From: Candidatus Methanosuratincola verstraetei
Lineage (GTDB): Archaea > Thermoproteota > Methanomethylicia > Methanomethylicales > Methanomethylicaceae
Direction: 5' to 3'
NCBI GenBank assembly: GCA_049570475.1
Contig: CP186953.1
Coordinates: forward strand, 736,001 to 800,000
DNA length: 64,000 nt
Shown: one piece after another, positions 29,656-38,308 of the stretch
How the letters are laid out: each line of letters starts with the position of its first letter
Position numbering within the stretch: the first letter of the stretch is position 1
Notes under the pieces: model-generated
Told to the model about the DNA's origin: nothing
Databases searched by the model: none
Seen by the model: the letters and a program-made list of their open reading frames with translations, nothing else
Made by a program: the position numbers and the translations under genes

Positions 29656-30086
29656 TAGAGGGGCGGCCCACGCGTAAAAAAAGAAAACTGCTAAATAGAG
29701 GCATGCTGTATAGTTGCTTGCAGTGCGTATGTGTGTATGTATGTTTGGTGGCGATGAACAATTTGTGAGCCGCCCTCCTCTATTATTACTGAAATAGATA
29801 GATTGCTCTAATCTTTTTAAAAGTTTTTTGAGTTATTAATTTAAAAAAATTGATAAAATTGGTTCTTAACGTTGGTACTTTTTCAAGCGTCTGTATCAAC
29901 TATCATAATCAAGTTTCCTAGACATTTTTAATTATAATGATTAAACAAATAGCATAAAATAAGAGTTAAACAAATTGACTTTTCACTGCTCTATTTTTTT
30001 TAATAAAAAAAGTTTCTGCGTGAGGTCCCTCTCTTTGCTAACTAATATCCCTCGTTGACCCATTAAATAAATTATTCGTAAAAACA

Positions 30087-30860
30087 TTATCCCTCAGAAT
30101 CGATTTTCCTTATAGCTGGCACAACTTCATTATTAAACATTTTTTCCCACTCCTCTTTTGTTGTGATCCTTGTTCTTTTTGTCCACGAGCCGTCTGGTTT
30201 TTGTACTTCACAATAAAAAAACGCCTTTTTACAGCCGAGATACATAAACCGCTTACCCTTGTACCATATAGAAAACCGATCGTACTGAATTGGCCTTATC
30301 TCAATTCCCTTATCGTCTAATTCCTTAAGACATTCGGCACAAAGTTGTCTTACTTTTTCATTTTCGATACGATTGAGGTTGCCTTCTCTTGTAGAAATAC
30401 GAGGTGGAGGAGGTTCGATTATTTCTACCTGGTGACAAAGAACATATCTTTGCCCATCGGGAGTTTTAATAACATGATATTCAAATAAATTCAAGTTCGC
30501 ATTTACGTATTTTACAACCCTTTTTAGATTTTCAGAAAAGGCTGGGGCGATGAGAATTAACCTTGGCTCTTCTTCGGCATCAACTTCCTTAAAGCTCTGA
30601 GAGATCAATTGAATGTTGGTTCTAGCCCAATCATAATAACGTAATCCTTGATCCAGTTGTCCATCATCAATCTCATTCTTCAACTCGATTATAGTCAATG
30701 CCCCATCCATATCTACAGCTAAGACGTCTAAGATTCCGCTGTCGGTTTTTATTTGCCGTCCTAAAATTCTCATACCCTCTTCAATAGCCTCTGGGTCTTC
30801 ATTTAAAAGATCCTCAAGTTCTTTCTCGCTGACTTCTGCTTCTTCAATTTTGGATGGCAT
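30087..30860 (-). CDS. NucS/DUF91-like PD-(D/E)xK endonuclease-domain protein
   Basis: EKELED, G..D.LA.D..G....IELK, Q..RY; AT-rich gene. Confidence 0.8.
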   Translation of the reverse strand: MPSKIEEAEVSEKELEDLLNEDPEAIEEGMRILGRQIKTDSGILDVLAVDMDGALTIIELKNEIDDGQLDQGLRYYDWARTNIQLISQSFKEVDAEEEPRLILIAPAFSENLKRVVKYVNANLNLFEYHVIKTPDGQRYVLCHQVEIIEPPPPRISTREGNLNRIENEKVRQLCAECLKELDDKGIEIRPIQYDRFSIWYKGKRFMYLGCKKAFFYCEVQKPDGSWTKRTRITTKEEWEKMFNNEVVPAIRKIDSEG

Positions 30861-30959
30861 TTTTCCCCCTCTTTATTATTCTTAAATAATTGCAATATGG
30901 ACTAACAGATTTCGCTCTTTCCTCAAATTCGATCAGTTTTTCCTGCTTAGATTTATAAC

Positions 30960-31221
30960 TCAAGTAAGCAGCACCTCAATCTCTTCCAGCTTCTCGGCCA
31001 CCTTCTTCCCCTTCTCGGTGAGCGATATGAGGCGCCTCCGTGGGAAGGTCTCTTCAAGTTCCTCCTGGATCAAACCCATTTCTAATAAACGCTTAACATT
31101 ATTATAAACGGTTTGATTGCTCAGGTCAGATTTCTCGCGGAGGTCCAAAAGCGATAATCGTCCATACTTGAGGAGTGATCATTAAAACGCCTGCCTCATC
31201 TATGATGATCTTCCTTTGCAT
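30960..31221 (-). pseudogene. Winged-HTH regulator, frameshifted near the N-terminus
   Basis: MQRKIIIDEAGVLMI in one frame, LLKYGRLSLLDLREK...LTEKGKKVAEKL in another. Confidence 0.65.
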
Positions 31222-31345
31222 TCACTACTTATTGATATGCAGATATTAGACTTTAAAATAGATGATTACTATCTTAATTACAGATAGCAGAATCTTTTAT
31301 ATGTTTTCATCTAATATTTGGATAGCAGAAGGTGAATGAGAGGGA

Positions 31346-31823
31346 TTATGTGAGTGTAGATGCCGACCCCGAGATGCCGCGCTGATCAGTAGGAGGGCCG
31401 GGATGGAGCACGAGCGCCAAGTCTGGGCAGCTAAGCCTGAAGGTGGACGCGATGTCGCTCCCGAGGTAGTCGCGGAAGTAAGCCCTCATCGCCTTGATGT
31501 AGTTGTCCCTGGTGCTGCCGTTCTCTACGTAAGCCGGGAAGTCCCTGAGCTGCACCCTCGTCGGGTTGGGGCCGCAAAATTCGAGGATTCGCCTGATCGT
31601 ATACCTGTTCCGCTCCACCGTCCTGGCAGAGAGCCGCAGATCCACCCTGCAGAACTTGAGGAACTCGTCGAGCTGTACCGTACAACTGCGGCCATCTGTA
31701 CCGTACAAGTTTCGCTTCTGTTGAAAAAGCGTCTTTCTTGGTGAAGCTTCTTTGACGCCGACAAAGAAGGTTCGATGGTGGGCCGAGCCGGATTCGAACC
31801 GGCGACCACCGCCGTGTAAGGGC
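31346..31823 (-). pseudogene. Int(C): tyrosine integrase core-binding fragment; catalytic domain missing
   Basis: DEFLKFC.VDL.LS.RT...Y...I..., ST..NYIKA.R.YF; no R-H-R-Y catalytic region follows. Confidence 0.7.
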
Positions 31824-31851
31824 GGGATCCTAACCGCTAGACTATCGGCCC
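31776..31851 (-). tRNA. tRNA-Val(TAC)
   Basis: GGGCCGA/TCGGCCC-ACCA; CCGCC-CTTACAC-GGCGG. Confidence 0.96.
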
Positions 31852-31886
31852 CTAGCAACCGTAAAAATGAAAACGCCTTTAAAACT

Positions 31887-32393
31887 TTATTCTGCTTCTT
31901 TCAGGTTGTTTTCAATTTCCTCAATCTTTTTCCTAAGAATGAAGACTATGTCCTGATTGTTCAGGCTATCTAGTCTCCCGCCACATGAAGGGCATTGAAA
32001 ATTTGTTTCCATTGCGTCCTCAAAAGAAAAACGCACCCCATCTTTGGGGCACACGAAGAATACATTGCTCGTCTCGTATTGGAGGCGTTCCTTCAGTTTA
32101 TTAAGCACCTTCCTCTTCTTTGAGTTTAGTAAAATATTGAGGCCGGTCCTATTTACCCGCCAATAATACTTGAACCACCCCGCCTCCTTGTCCCTGACGC
32201 GCCTGTATGATACGAGGTTCTGCTCGAAAAGCTGATAAAGCAATTTTCTCAAGTTGTTTAACTTCATTCCTGTTTTTGCAATCAATTCATCATCTGTGGT
32301 CTCTTCCTGTTCCGTCAATAACAAAATAAGCTGCACTGCCTCATCGCCAACCAGCTCCTTCACAATCATTGCCAACGCCTCATTAGCCATCAA
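31887..32393 (-). CDS. tfe: Transcription factor E
   Basis: TDDELI, RK.LY.L, GW..YYW, CP.D....FEDA....F.CP.CG. Confidence 0.93.
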   Translation of the reverse strand: MMANEALAMIVKELVGDEAVQLILLLTEQEETTDDELIAKTGMKLNNLRKLLYQLFEQNLVSYRRVRDKEAGWFKYYWRVNRTGLNILLNSKKRKVLNKLKERLQYETSNVFFVCPKDGVRFSFEDAMETNFQCPSCGGRLDSLNNQDIVFILRKKIEEIENNLKEAE

Positions 32394-32462
32394 AGATCAC
32401 CAGACCACAGCGTGCAGCATATTACATGTTAAGGAATGTTCTGAAAAAGCTTTCTTATTACA

Positions 32463-32990
32463 TCAGTACTGTTCGACATTTTTACCCCTTTCCGAGGGGA
32501 CGATTCGAAGTCTTGCGTTTTTGAAGGGCATGCCCTCCCAAGCACCGCCGGTCATCCTGTCGAGGAATATTGCCAATGCAGCAACTTCAGAATGAGGCTG
32601 GTTACCGATTGCAACATTGAAATCTGCCTTTTCATAATACTGAGCCGGAACCTTCTCTCCGCCTACAATCACGAGCAGATCTCTATCGGATGGTATCATA
32701 TCCTTAACCTGTTTAACCGGGATTCCATACATTGTGAGATGCGCAACAACACCTCCCGAAGCTTTCCATTTATCTAGAACTTTCATAGGACTGCCGACGA
32801 ATTCTACCCAGAAGTCCCCGCCCCAAGCATCCATCACTTTCTGTATGGTGGAGTGTATGGATTCATCCCTCACGCCCGATATGAAAACACCTTCGGCGCC
32901 AAATGCCCTTGCAACTAAGCAGACATGCGTAGTTATGCGCTTGTCTCTAGATGGTCTGTGCCCAAGTCTCAAAACTGCAATCCTTGGCAA
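32463..32990 (-). CDS. trm56: tRNA (cytidine56-2'-O)-methyltransferase
   Basis: RLGHRP.RDKRITTHV.LVARAFGA, HLTMYG, NQPHSEVAALA. Confidence 0.95.
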   Translation of the reverse strand: MPRIAVLRLGHRPSRDKRITTHVCLVARAFGAEGVFISGVRDESIHSTIQKVMDAWGGDFWVEFVGSPMKVLDKWKASGGVVAHLTMYGIPVKQVKDMIPSDRDLLVIVGGEKVPAQYYEKADFNVAIGNQPHSEVAALAIFLDRMTGGAWEGMPFKNARLRIVPSERGKNVEQY

Positions 32991-33021
32991 ATCAAACAGC
33001 ACCCAATCGTCGATGCTTTTA

Positions 33022-33510
33022 TCAAGATTTGCTATCCTTGAGGATGGCCACATCTCCCAAGGTAACGCCAGTGATCGGCGGTGTTGAGCCGGTTTCTGCA
33101 CGATCAATGGCAGCCTGCAGTTTAATTTTGAGAAGGCGCTCTAGTTTTACCGTGAGCTCTGCGGTAGGGTACATCTCTCCTGACTCGATCCTCCTTATCA
33201 CAGATTCTTTTTCTCCAAGCCTCTTGGCAAGCTCTTCACGGCTAATCTTTGCATTTTCCCTGGCTTTTCTTATAAGCTCGCCATAATTCTCAACCAATAT
33301 GAACTCTTCGAACCTGTCTTTCTTTTGAGGCTTGACAGCGAGTTTCCTTGAGCCAGGTTTAGGACTAGCGCTCTCAAGTTTCTTTGCTGTCGTTCGGTCT
33401 ATCTTTGTCCCAAATTTTGAGCAGTCTTTGCATACCAACAAAACCGACTGCTCGATAGAGACCCTGGCGGGAAAGCCAACGATCTTCTTTCCGCATATTT
33501 CACAATTCAT
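33022..33510 (-). CDS. Archaeal multiprotein bridging factor 1
   Basis: CEICG...C..C..FG Zn ribbon plus HTH, ending TLGD. Confidence 0.92.
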   Translation of the reverse strand: MNCEICGKKIVGFPARVSIEQSVLLVCKDCSKFGTKIDRTTAKKLESASPKPGSRKLAVKPQKKDRFEEFILVENYGELIRKARENAKISREELAKRLGEKESVIRRIESGEMYPTAELTVKLERLLKIKLQAAIDRAETGSTPPITGVTLGDVAILKDSKS

Positions 33511-33579
33511 AAAAGTCACTGTTCTGAATCTTATGCTGTAGAACGTAAATCTAAATTTATCCCTAGTGGGCGTAGTGAC

Positions 33580-34767
33580 ATGGCTGAAAATATTAGTTTC
33601 AAGGATGATAGTACGTACCTCTTGATGCAGATAAAGAAGCTGGAGCAGCGTACCCAAGAGCTTGAGGCCGAGAAGAGGGACTGGTTCTTCGAAAGGGAAA
33701 GGCTCCAGAGAGAGGTGCAAGTTCTCAGGGCCGAGATAGAGAAGTTGACCGTCCCGCCTTACGTAGAAGGCTATATCACAGATTTGCTTCCAGACGGAAG
33801 GGCAGTCGTAAAGAGCTCAACTGGGCCATCACTTGTCGTGAATATCATGAGGACAGTGGAGAGCTCAAAGCTGGCACCGGGGAAGAGGGTGTCTTTGAGC
33901 CAAAGGAACTTTGCGGTAATTGAAGTTTTGCCAGACACTCTAGACTCATACGTCCAAGTGATGGAAGTGTTGGAAACGCCCAAGGTGAGTTACTCAGAGA
34001 TCGGCGGTCTTGACGAACAGATAAATGAACTTAGAGAGCTCATAGAGCTGCCTCTACTCAAACCCGATATTTTTGAGAAGGTTGGAATAGAACCACCAAA
34101 AGGCGTTCTGCTCCACGGTCCACCCGGGTGCGGTAAGACGCTCATGGCTAAGGCAGTAGCTAGCGAAACGAAAGCCAGGTTCATAAAGGTAGTCGCCTCT
34201 GAGCTGGTTCAGAAATATATAGGCGAAGGAGCAAGGATGGTGCGCGAGCTTTTCCAGATGGCGAGGAGCAAGGCCCCAAGCATAGTATTCATTGACGAAA
34301 TTGACGCAATTGGAGGCAGAAGAGCCGACATCAACATCAGTGGCGAAAGGGAAGTGCAGAGAACCCTTTTACAGCTGCTTAGCGAGCTTGATGGATTTAG
34401 CCCCAGAGGGGACGTCAAAATAATAGGTGCCACAAACAGGATTGATTTGCTCGATCCAGCATTGCTTAGACCCGGCAGATTCGACAGAATTATTGAGATA
34501 CCCCCGCCAGATGCAAAGGGCAGAGAGGCGATCTTCAAGATCCACCTTAAGAGAATGAATGTCTCGGAAGAGGTGGACGCAAAGCAACTTTCCTTACTTA
34601 CCCAAGGAGCGACAGGTGCCTCGATAAAGGCAATTTGCACGGAAGCAGGCCTATTTGCAATCAGAAGTTGCAGAGATCATATAACCATGGAGGACTTCGC
34701 CAAAGCGATAAAGAAGATCCTTAGGAAAGAGGATGTTAAGGATGCACCCAGCGGCACCTACCTCTGA
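33580..34767 (+). CDS. pan: Proteasome-activating nucleotidase
   Basis: Coiled coil, GPPGCGKT, DEID, LLRPGRFDR, C-terminal TYL. Confidence 0.95.
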   Translation: MAENISFKDDSTYLLMQIKKLEQRTQELEAEKRDWFFERERLQREVQVLRAEIEKLTVPPYVEGYITDLLPDGRAVVKSSTGPSLVVNIMRTVESSKLAPGKRVSLSQRNFAVIEVLPDTLDSYVQVMEVLETPKVSYSEIGGLDEQINELRELIELPLLKPDIFEKVGIEPPKGVLLHGPPGCGKTLMAKAVASETKARFIKVVASELVQKYIGEGARMVRELFQMARSKAPSIVFIDEIDAIGGRRADINISGEREVQRTLLQLLSELDGFSPRGDVKIIGATNRIDLLDPALLRPGRFDRIIEIPPPDAKGREAIFKIHLKRMNVSEEVDAKQLSLLTQGATGASIKAICTEAGLFAIRSCRDHITMEDFAKAIKKILRKEDVKDAPSGTYL

Positions 34768-35242
34768 CAAAACCACACCAGAAGAGCTGATCAGGCTTAG
34801 GGCAGTGGCGGATTATCAATTCGGCAGAGGAGCGGGGAAAGCGCTTTTTCCAGACGAGATAAGAGTGGTAAGGTCTAAAAAAACAGGAAAAATAAAAGGA
34901 ATATTCCTGAATGACGAGCATCTTGCCACGCTAAAGCCCTCCGACGGCTATCTTGCTTTGAGTGTACCAGGAGGAAACAGATTGCTTCAAGCCTTCCAGC
35001 CGCCAAGACACAGAGTAATGATCATGGACGAAGTTGCAGAGTTCATCAAAAATGGAAGAAACCTATTTGCCAAACACGTAGTGGAAGCGGATTTGAAGAT
35101 AAGAGCGGGGGAAGAAGTCATAATAACCGATACAAGAGGTGACCTATTGGCAGTTGGCAAGGCTGTGATGAGCGGCAAGGAGATGAAACATTTTAAAAAA
35201 GGGATAGCCGTAAATGTAAGGAGAGGAACCTGCGACGAGTGA
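34742..35242 (+). CDS. PUA domain protein (archaeosine TGT C-terminal-like)
   Basis: ADYQFG.GAG, G.NLFAKHV, LLAVGKA, AV.VR. Confidence 0.85.
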   Translation: MHPAAPTSDKTTPEELIRLRAVADYQFGRGAGKALFPDEIRVVRSKKTGKIKGIFLNDEHLATLKPSDGYLALSVPGGNRLLQAFQPPRHRVMIMDEVAEFIKNGRNLFAKHVVEADLKIRAGEEVIITDTRGDLLAVGKAVMSGKEMKHFKKGIAVNVRRGTCDE

Positions 35243-35248
35243 TTCACT

Positions 35249-35599
35249 ATGAAACGAATGAGCCCCCGGGAAATGAGGAGAATGATGCAAAAGATGGGGA
35301 TGGGGATCGAAGAAATGCCAGGAGTTCTCAAGGTCACCATTCATTTCAAAGACAAAAACCTGGTAATTCCTGATCCCCAAGTAACGCAAATGAAAGTTAG
35401 CGGGCAGACAATATACCAGATAGTCGGGGAGGCAGTCGAAGAAAAGACTGAAGAGAGGGCGAAGGTAGAGATATCAGAGGATGATGCCCAGCTTGTTTCA
35501 GCTCAGACTGGTGCATCCCTTGAAGAAGCCAAGAAGGCACTAGAGTCCACAAATGGGGATCTCGCCCAAGCCATAATGCTCCTCTCGTCTAAAGCATAA
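35249..35599 (+). CDS. nac: Nascent polypeptide-associated complex protein
   Basis: PREMRRMM..MG, YQI.G, EDD..LV..QTG....A..AL....GDLA.AI. Confidence 0.93.
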   Translation: MKRMSPREMRRMMQKMGMGIEEMPGVLKVTIHFKDKNLVIPDPQVTQMKVSGQTIYQIVGEAVEEKTEERAKVEISEDDAQLVSAQTGASLEEAKKALESTNGDLAQAIMLLSSKA

Positions 35600-37862
35600 A
35601 ACGCTGGGTTTCCATAGCGAACATCCTTTCACTGTTGCCCCATTTTCTTGAAGGCAGATATTTTCCGTAAACGCGCGTGTATTTGAGGAGGCGATCTCCA
35701 GAATGAGAACATCGGGGGCACCTATCCTGAAAACCAGCTGAAATGTTGCCGCATTTGCCGCAATACATATAGTCCCTTGTAAAGCCGAAGGCCCCAATTT
35801 CTGCGGTCTCTGATATCCTTTTTACGTGGTTGCAGATCATCTCTGATGTAGGGAATGGCTCCTCTAGTCGGATATTGAAGAAGTGCCCGCCAAGTGTCAA
35901 TTTTTGGAAAAGCTCCTCAACCTGAAGCCTCTTCTTCAGCGGAACCGGCCTGGTAAGCGGAAGCACAGAGTGCTCTGTGTAAGGAAGGACAGATTTGCCC
36001 TCGACCAAGCCGCTTGAAATGTCAAGATTAGTTAATCTCTGAGCGGCTGGCTCGAATGTAATGTATGATGGGAGGATTCGGATCGACGGTGCAGATTCCT
36101 TACAGAAATCCCTGATTGTTTCGACAATTCTTATCGAGAGTTTGAGCGCTTCAGCATTCTCAGAAGGATCGAGTCCTGTGTGGTATTGCACAGCTTCAGG
36201 GAGACCGATGAAGCTCACTATCCCTGCCGACTCGTCCACCCGATAGTATGGCGTCCCAGAAAGCTGTTCTTGGAAAAGGGGAAGGAGCTTGTCCTTCATC
36301 CTGTTGTGGATCACTTGCCTCTTGATCATCAATGCTTCCTTTGATAGCTCCACTAGTTCCCTCAATCTTTCCATGAGCCTATCGTCGTTGCCTTTTGCGG
36401 CATAGGCAATCCTTGGGAGGTTGATCGTTATGTTGTCCAATATGCCGCACCGTATTGTTCCAAGCTCCCAGTCCTTCCAGCTGGAATCCAGCCGGGAAAG
36501 ATCGGCGTTGTATGACGCGTTTTCGGTTTGCCATTCATGGATCTGGTTGATGTAGTAAACAGTCCCCCATTTTTGGGTAACTATGCTTGCCTTGGAGATA
36601 GACTCAAGCCCAGAATCAGTAACAAGCGCTTTCCTGCTAATTTTTAGAAAGAGGGCAGGGTTCAAGAAAACCTTTCCCGCCCCATCTGGATCGCTCATGA
36701 CCTCCATCAAGAGCTTTAGTAAACGGACAGAATCATCGCTAAAATCGCCATACCTCAAAGAAGAGCCCTTATCGATGGGCAAGCTAGCCAAGAAGTCAGG
36801 TATAGAGGTTTCTAGCTGAACCCCTACAGAAACATTTGAACCGTTAATGACCGCGTTGAGAGCATACACAAAATCCCTTAGTTCAGAACGGATTTCATCA
36901 TCGCCCATCCCTGAAACGAACGGGGAAAGAAAGACGTTGAAGAAGGGCAACGTCTGGGCGTTGGACACGAGCCCAGAGGAGGTCTTGATGAGGCAAAGTG
37001 TAGCATACAACGCACCTCTCAGGCTTTTGGGCGCATAATGCGAGGGGGCGGTCAGACCCGTACCGTCGGGAGGCAACTCGCCATTTAAGAATTGGCGAAG
37101 GTCATGCTGTACATCAGCAGGTCGCAAAACCCAGTAGTTCGCATTGTTGATGTGGATTGCACCGCTGAGGTGCGCATCCGCAATGGTCCTTGGAAGCACC
37201 TTAAGCAACATGTACTCCTCGTAAACCGCATCGCCTGCAAGCGAGTGGACCTCGTTTGGAGAGGATAGGCCTTTGTAGGCTGCGTTCTCTATGGTTAGAG
37301 TAACGTCATAGACAGGCTGCCCGAGACGGGTCAAAGAATGCCTATACTCCTCCAAGCCCTTCTCTAGCAAGATTGCGTTGACGAATTCCCTGATGAGGGC
37401 GGCCGTCAAGTATCTTATCTGTAATTTCTTAAGCCTCTCCTCAGCCTCTTTTGAGATCGACTCTGCCAGTTTCCTTGGTACGTTTGCCTCCCTGATTAAC
37501 GCCTGGATTATCTTTTTCCTATCGAACGGCTCTATAGTCAAACTCGAGGTCCTTACTTGCATCTCTCCTTTCTTCCTTCTTACAGCATCCTCCACCCCGT
37601 AAACGAAGTTAGCCACATCTTGTCCGAGGAGTGTCAAGTAGTACTTTCCTGTTGCTTCGTCCGAGGCGACCAGCTCTGAGTCGATAAGAGTCCTGAGGTG
37701 GTACCCGAACTTTCCGGCGTCGCTCTTCGGGTTCATATTTAGGCGTTCCATAATCTCCGTGAAAGAAAGCGGACCGGCTATGCTTATCATCTTTAGCACC
37801 TCGGCCCGTATCTCGTTAGAAAGGGCCGATAAAATGGAATCCATGAGCCGTTCTGAAGACAA
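35589..37862 (-). CDS. ArsR-HTH + ATP-cone + class III ribonucleotide reductase-like fusion, probably catalytically inactive
   Basis: ALSN..R...L...FGYHL..L HTH; VRTS...FDR..I ATP-cone; HTRLG-like motif, DAH.SG.IH, TINLPRIA, CxxC..CxxC, RVYG. Confidence 0.8.
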   Translation of the reverse strand: MSSERLMDSILSALSNEIRAEVLKMISIAGPLSFTEIMERLNMNPKSDAGKFGYHLRTLIDSELVASDEATGKYYLTLLGQDVANFVYGVEDAVRRKKGEMQVRTSSLTIEPFDRKKIIQALIREANVPRKLAESISKEAEERLKKLQIRYLTAALIREFVNAILLEKGLEEYRHSLTRLGQPVYDVTLTIENAAYKGLSSPNEVHSLAGDAVYEEYMLLKVLPRTIADAHLSGAIHINNANYWVLRPADVQHDLRQFLNGELPPDGTGLTAPSHYAPKSLRGALYATLCLIKTSSGLVSNAQTLPFFNVFLSPFVSGMGDDEIRSELRDFVYALNAVINGSNVSVGVQLETSIPDFLASLPIDKGSSLRYGDFSDDSVRLLKLLMEVMSDPDGAGKVFLNPALFLKISRKALVTDSGLESISKASIVTQKWGTVYYINQIHEWQTENASYNADLSRLDSSWKDWELGTIRCGILDNITINLPRIAYAAKGNDDRLMERLRELVELSKEALMIKRQVIHNRMKDKLLPLFQEQLSGTPYYRVDESAGIVSFIGLPEAVQYHTGLDPSENAEALKLSIRIVETIRDFCKESAPSIRILPSYITFEPAAQRLTNLDISSGLVEGKSVLPYTEHSVLPLTRPVPLKKRLQVEELFQKLTLGGHFFNIRLEEPFPTSEMICNHVKRISETAEIGAFGFTRDYMYCGKCGNISAGFQDRCPRCSHSGDRLLKYTRVYGKYLPSRKWGNSERMFAMETQRFML

Positions 37863-37911
37863 GCCGTCACACCTGATTAACAGACATCGAGGATGTAAAA
37901 AAAGATGTAGG

Positions 37912-38307
37912 TCATTTGACTACAGGTCTGAATTTGATTGCGTATTGTATTATTCCAGAGTCCCCGTCTTCGACGACCTTCCTGAAGGCGGCTTCTACCT
38001 CCATGCCAACACTAACGTCCTCCGGCTCTACGTCAGTCAATTGAGAGGTGATGATGGTCCCGTCCTCGAGCCTCACGACGCCGATAATATACGGCGGCAT
38101 TTTTTCGAAGCCTTTTGGCGGATTCCTAACGATTGTGAAGGTGACCAGCCGCCCCTTTTCTGGCAGTCTATAATTCTCGAAGTTGCTCGAGCCGCACTTT
38201 CCACAGCGTGCCCTAGGGGGATAGGCAACTGTTCCGCATTCAGAACATTTCACTGTCTCGAGTCGAGTGCGCCTTGGGATCTCTCTCCAGTACCTTGGCA
38301 CCGACAT
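37912..38307 (-). CDS. DUF35 Zn-ribbon/OB-fold scaffold of the thiolase-HMGS complex
   Basis: C..CG...YPPR..C..C, G.I.Y..KF.P. Confidence 0.92.
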   Translation of the reverse strand: MSVPRYWREIPRRTRLETVKCSECGTVAYPPRARCGKCGSSNFENYRLPEKGRLVTFTIVRNPPKGFEKMPPYIIGVVRLEDGTIITSQLTDVEPEDVSVGMEVEAAFRKVVEDGDSGIIQYAIKFRPVVK

Positions 38308-38308
38308 T

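Larger units (their letters stand above)
24038..31823. mobile_element. Integrated element (~7.7 kb) in the 3' half of tRNA-Val(TAC)
   Basis: 49-bp perfect direct repeat at 24038-24086 and 31775-31823; split integrase; defence cargo. Confidence 0.9.

Noticed and set aside
33022-33720. ORF-track N-terminal extensions (MBF1, trm56, mtxX, radical SAM, HTH-CBS)
   Set aside because: They overlap neighbouring genes; downstream starts match the family N-termini.
35589-37862. Calling this gene nrdD
   Set aside because: The catalytic Cys motifs are not found, so the symbol was withheld.
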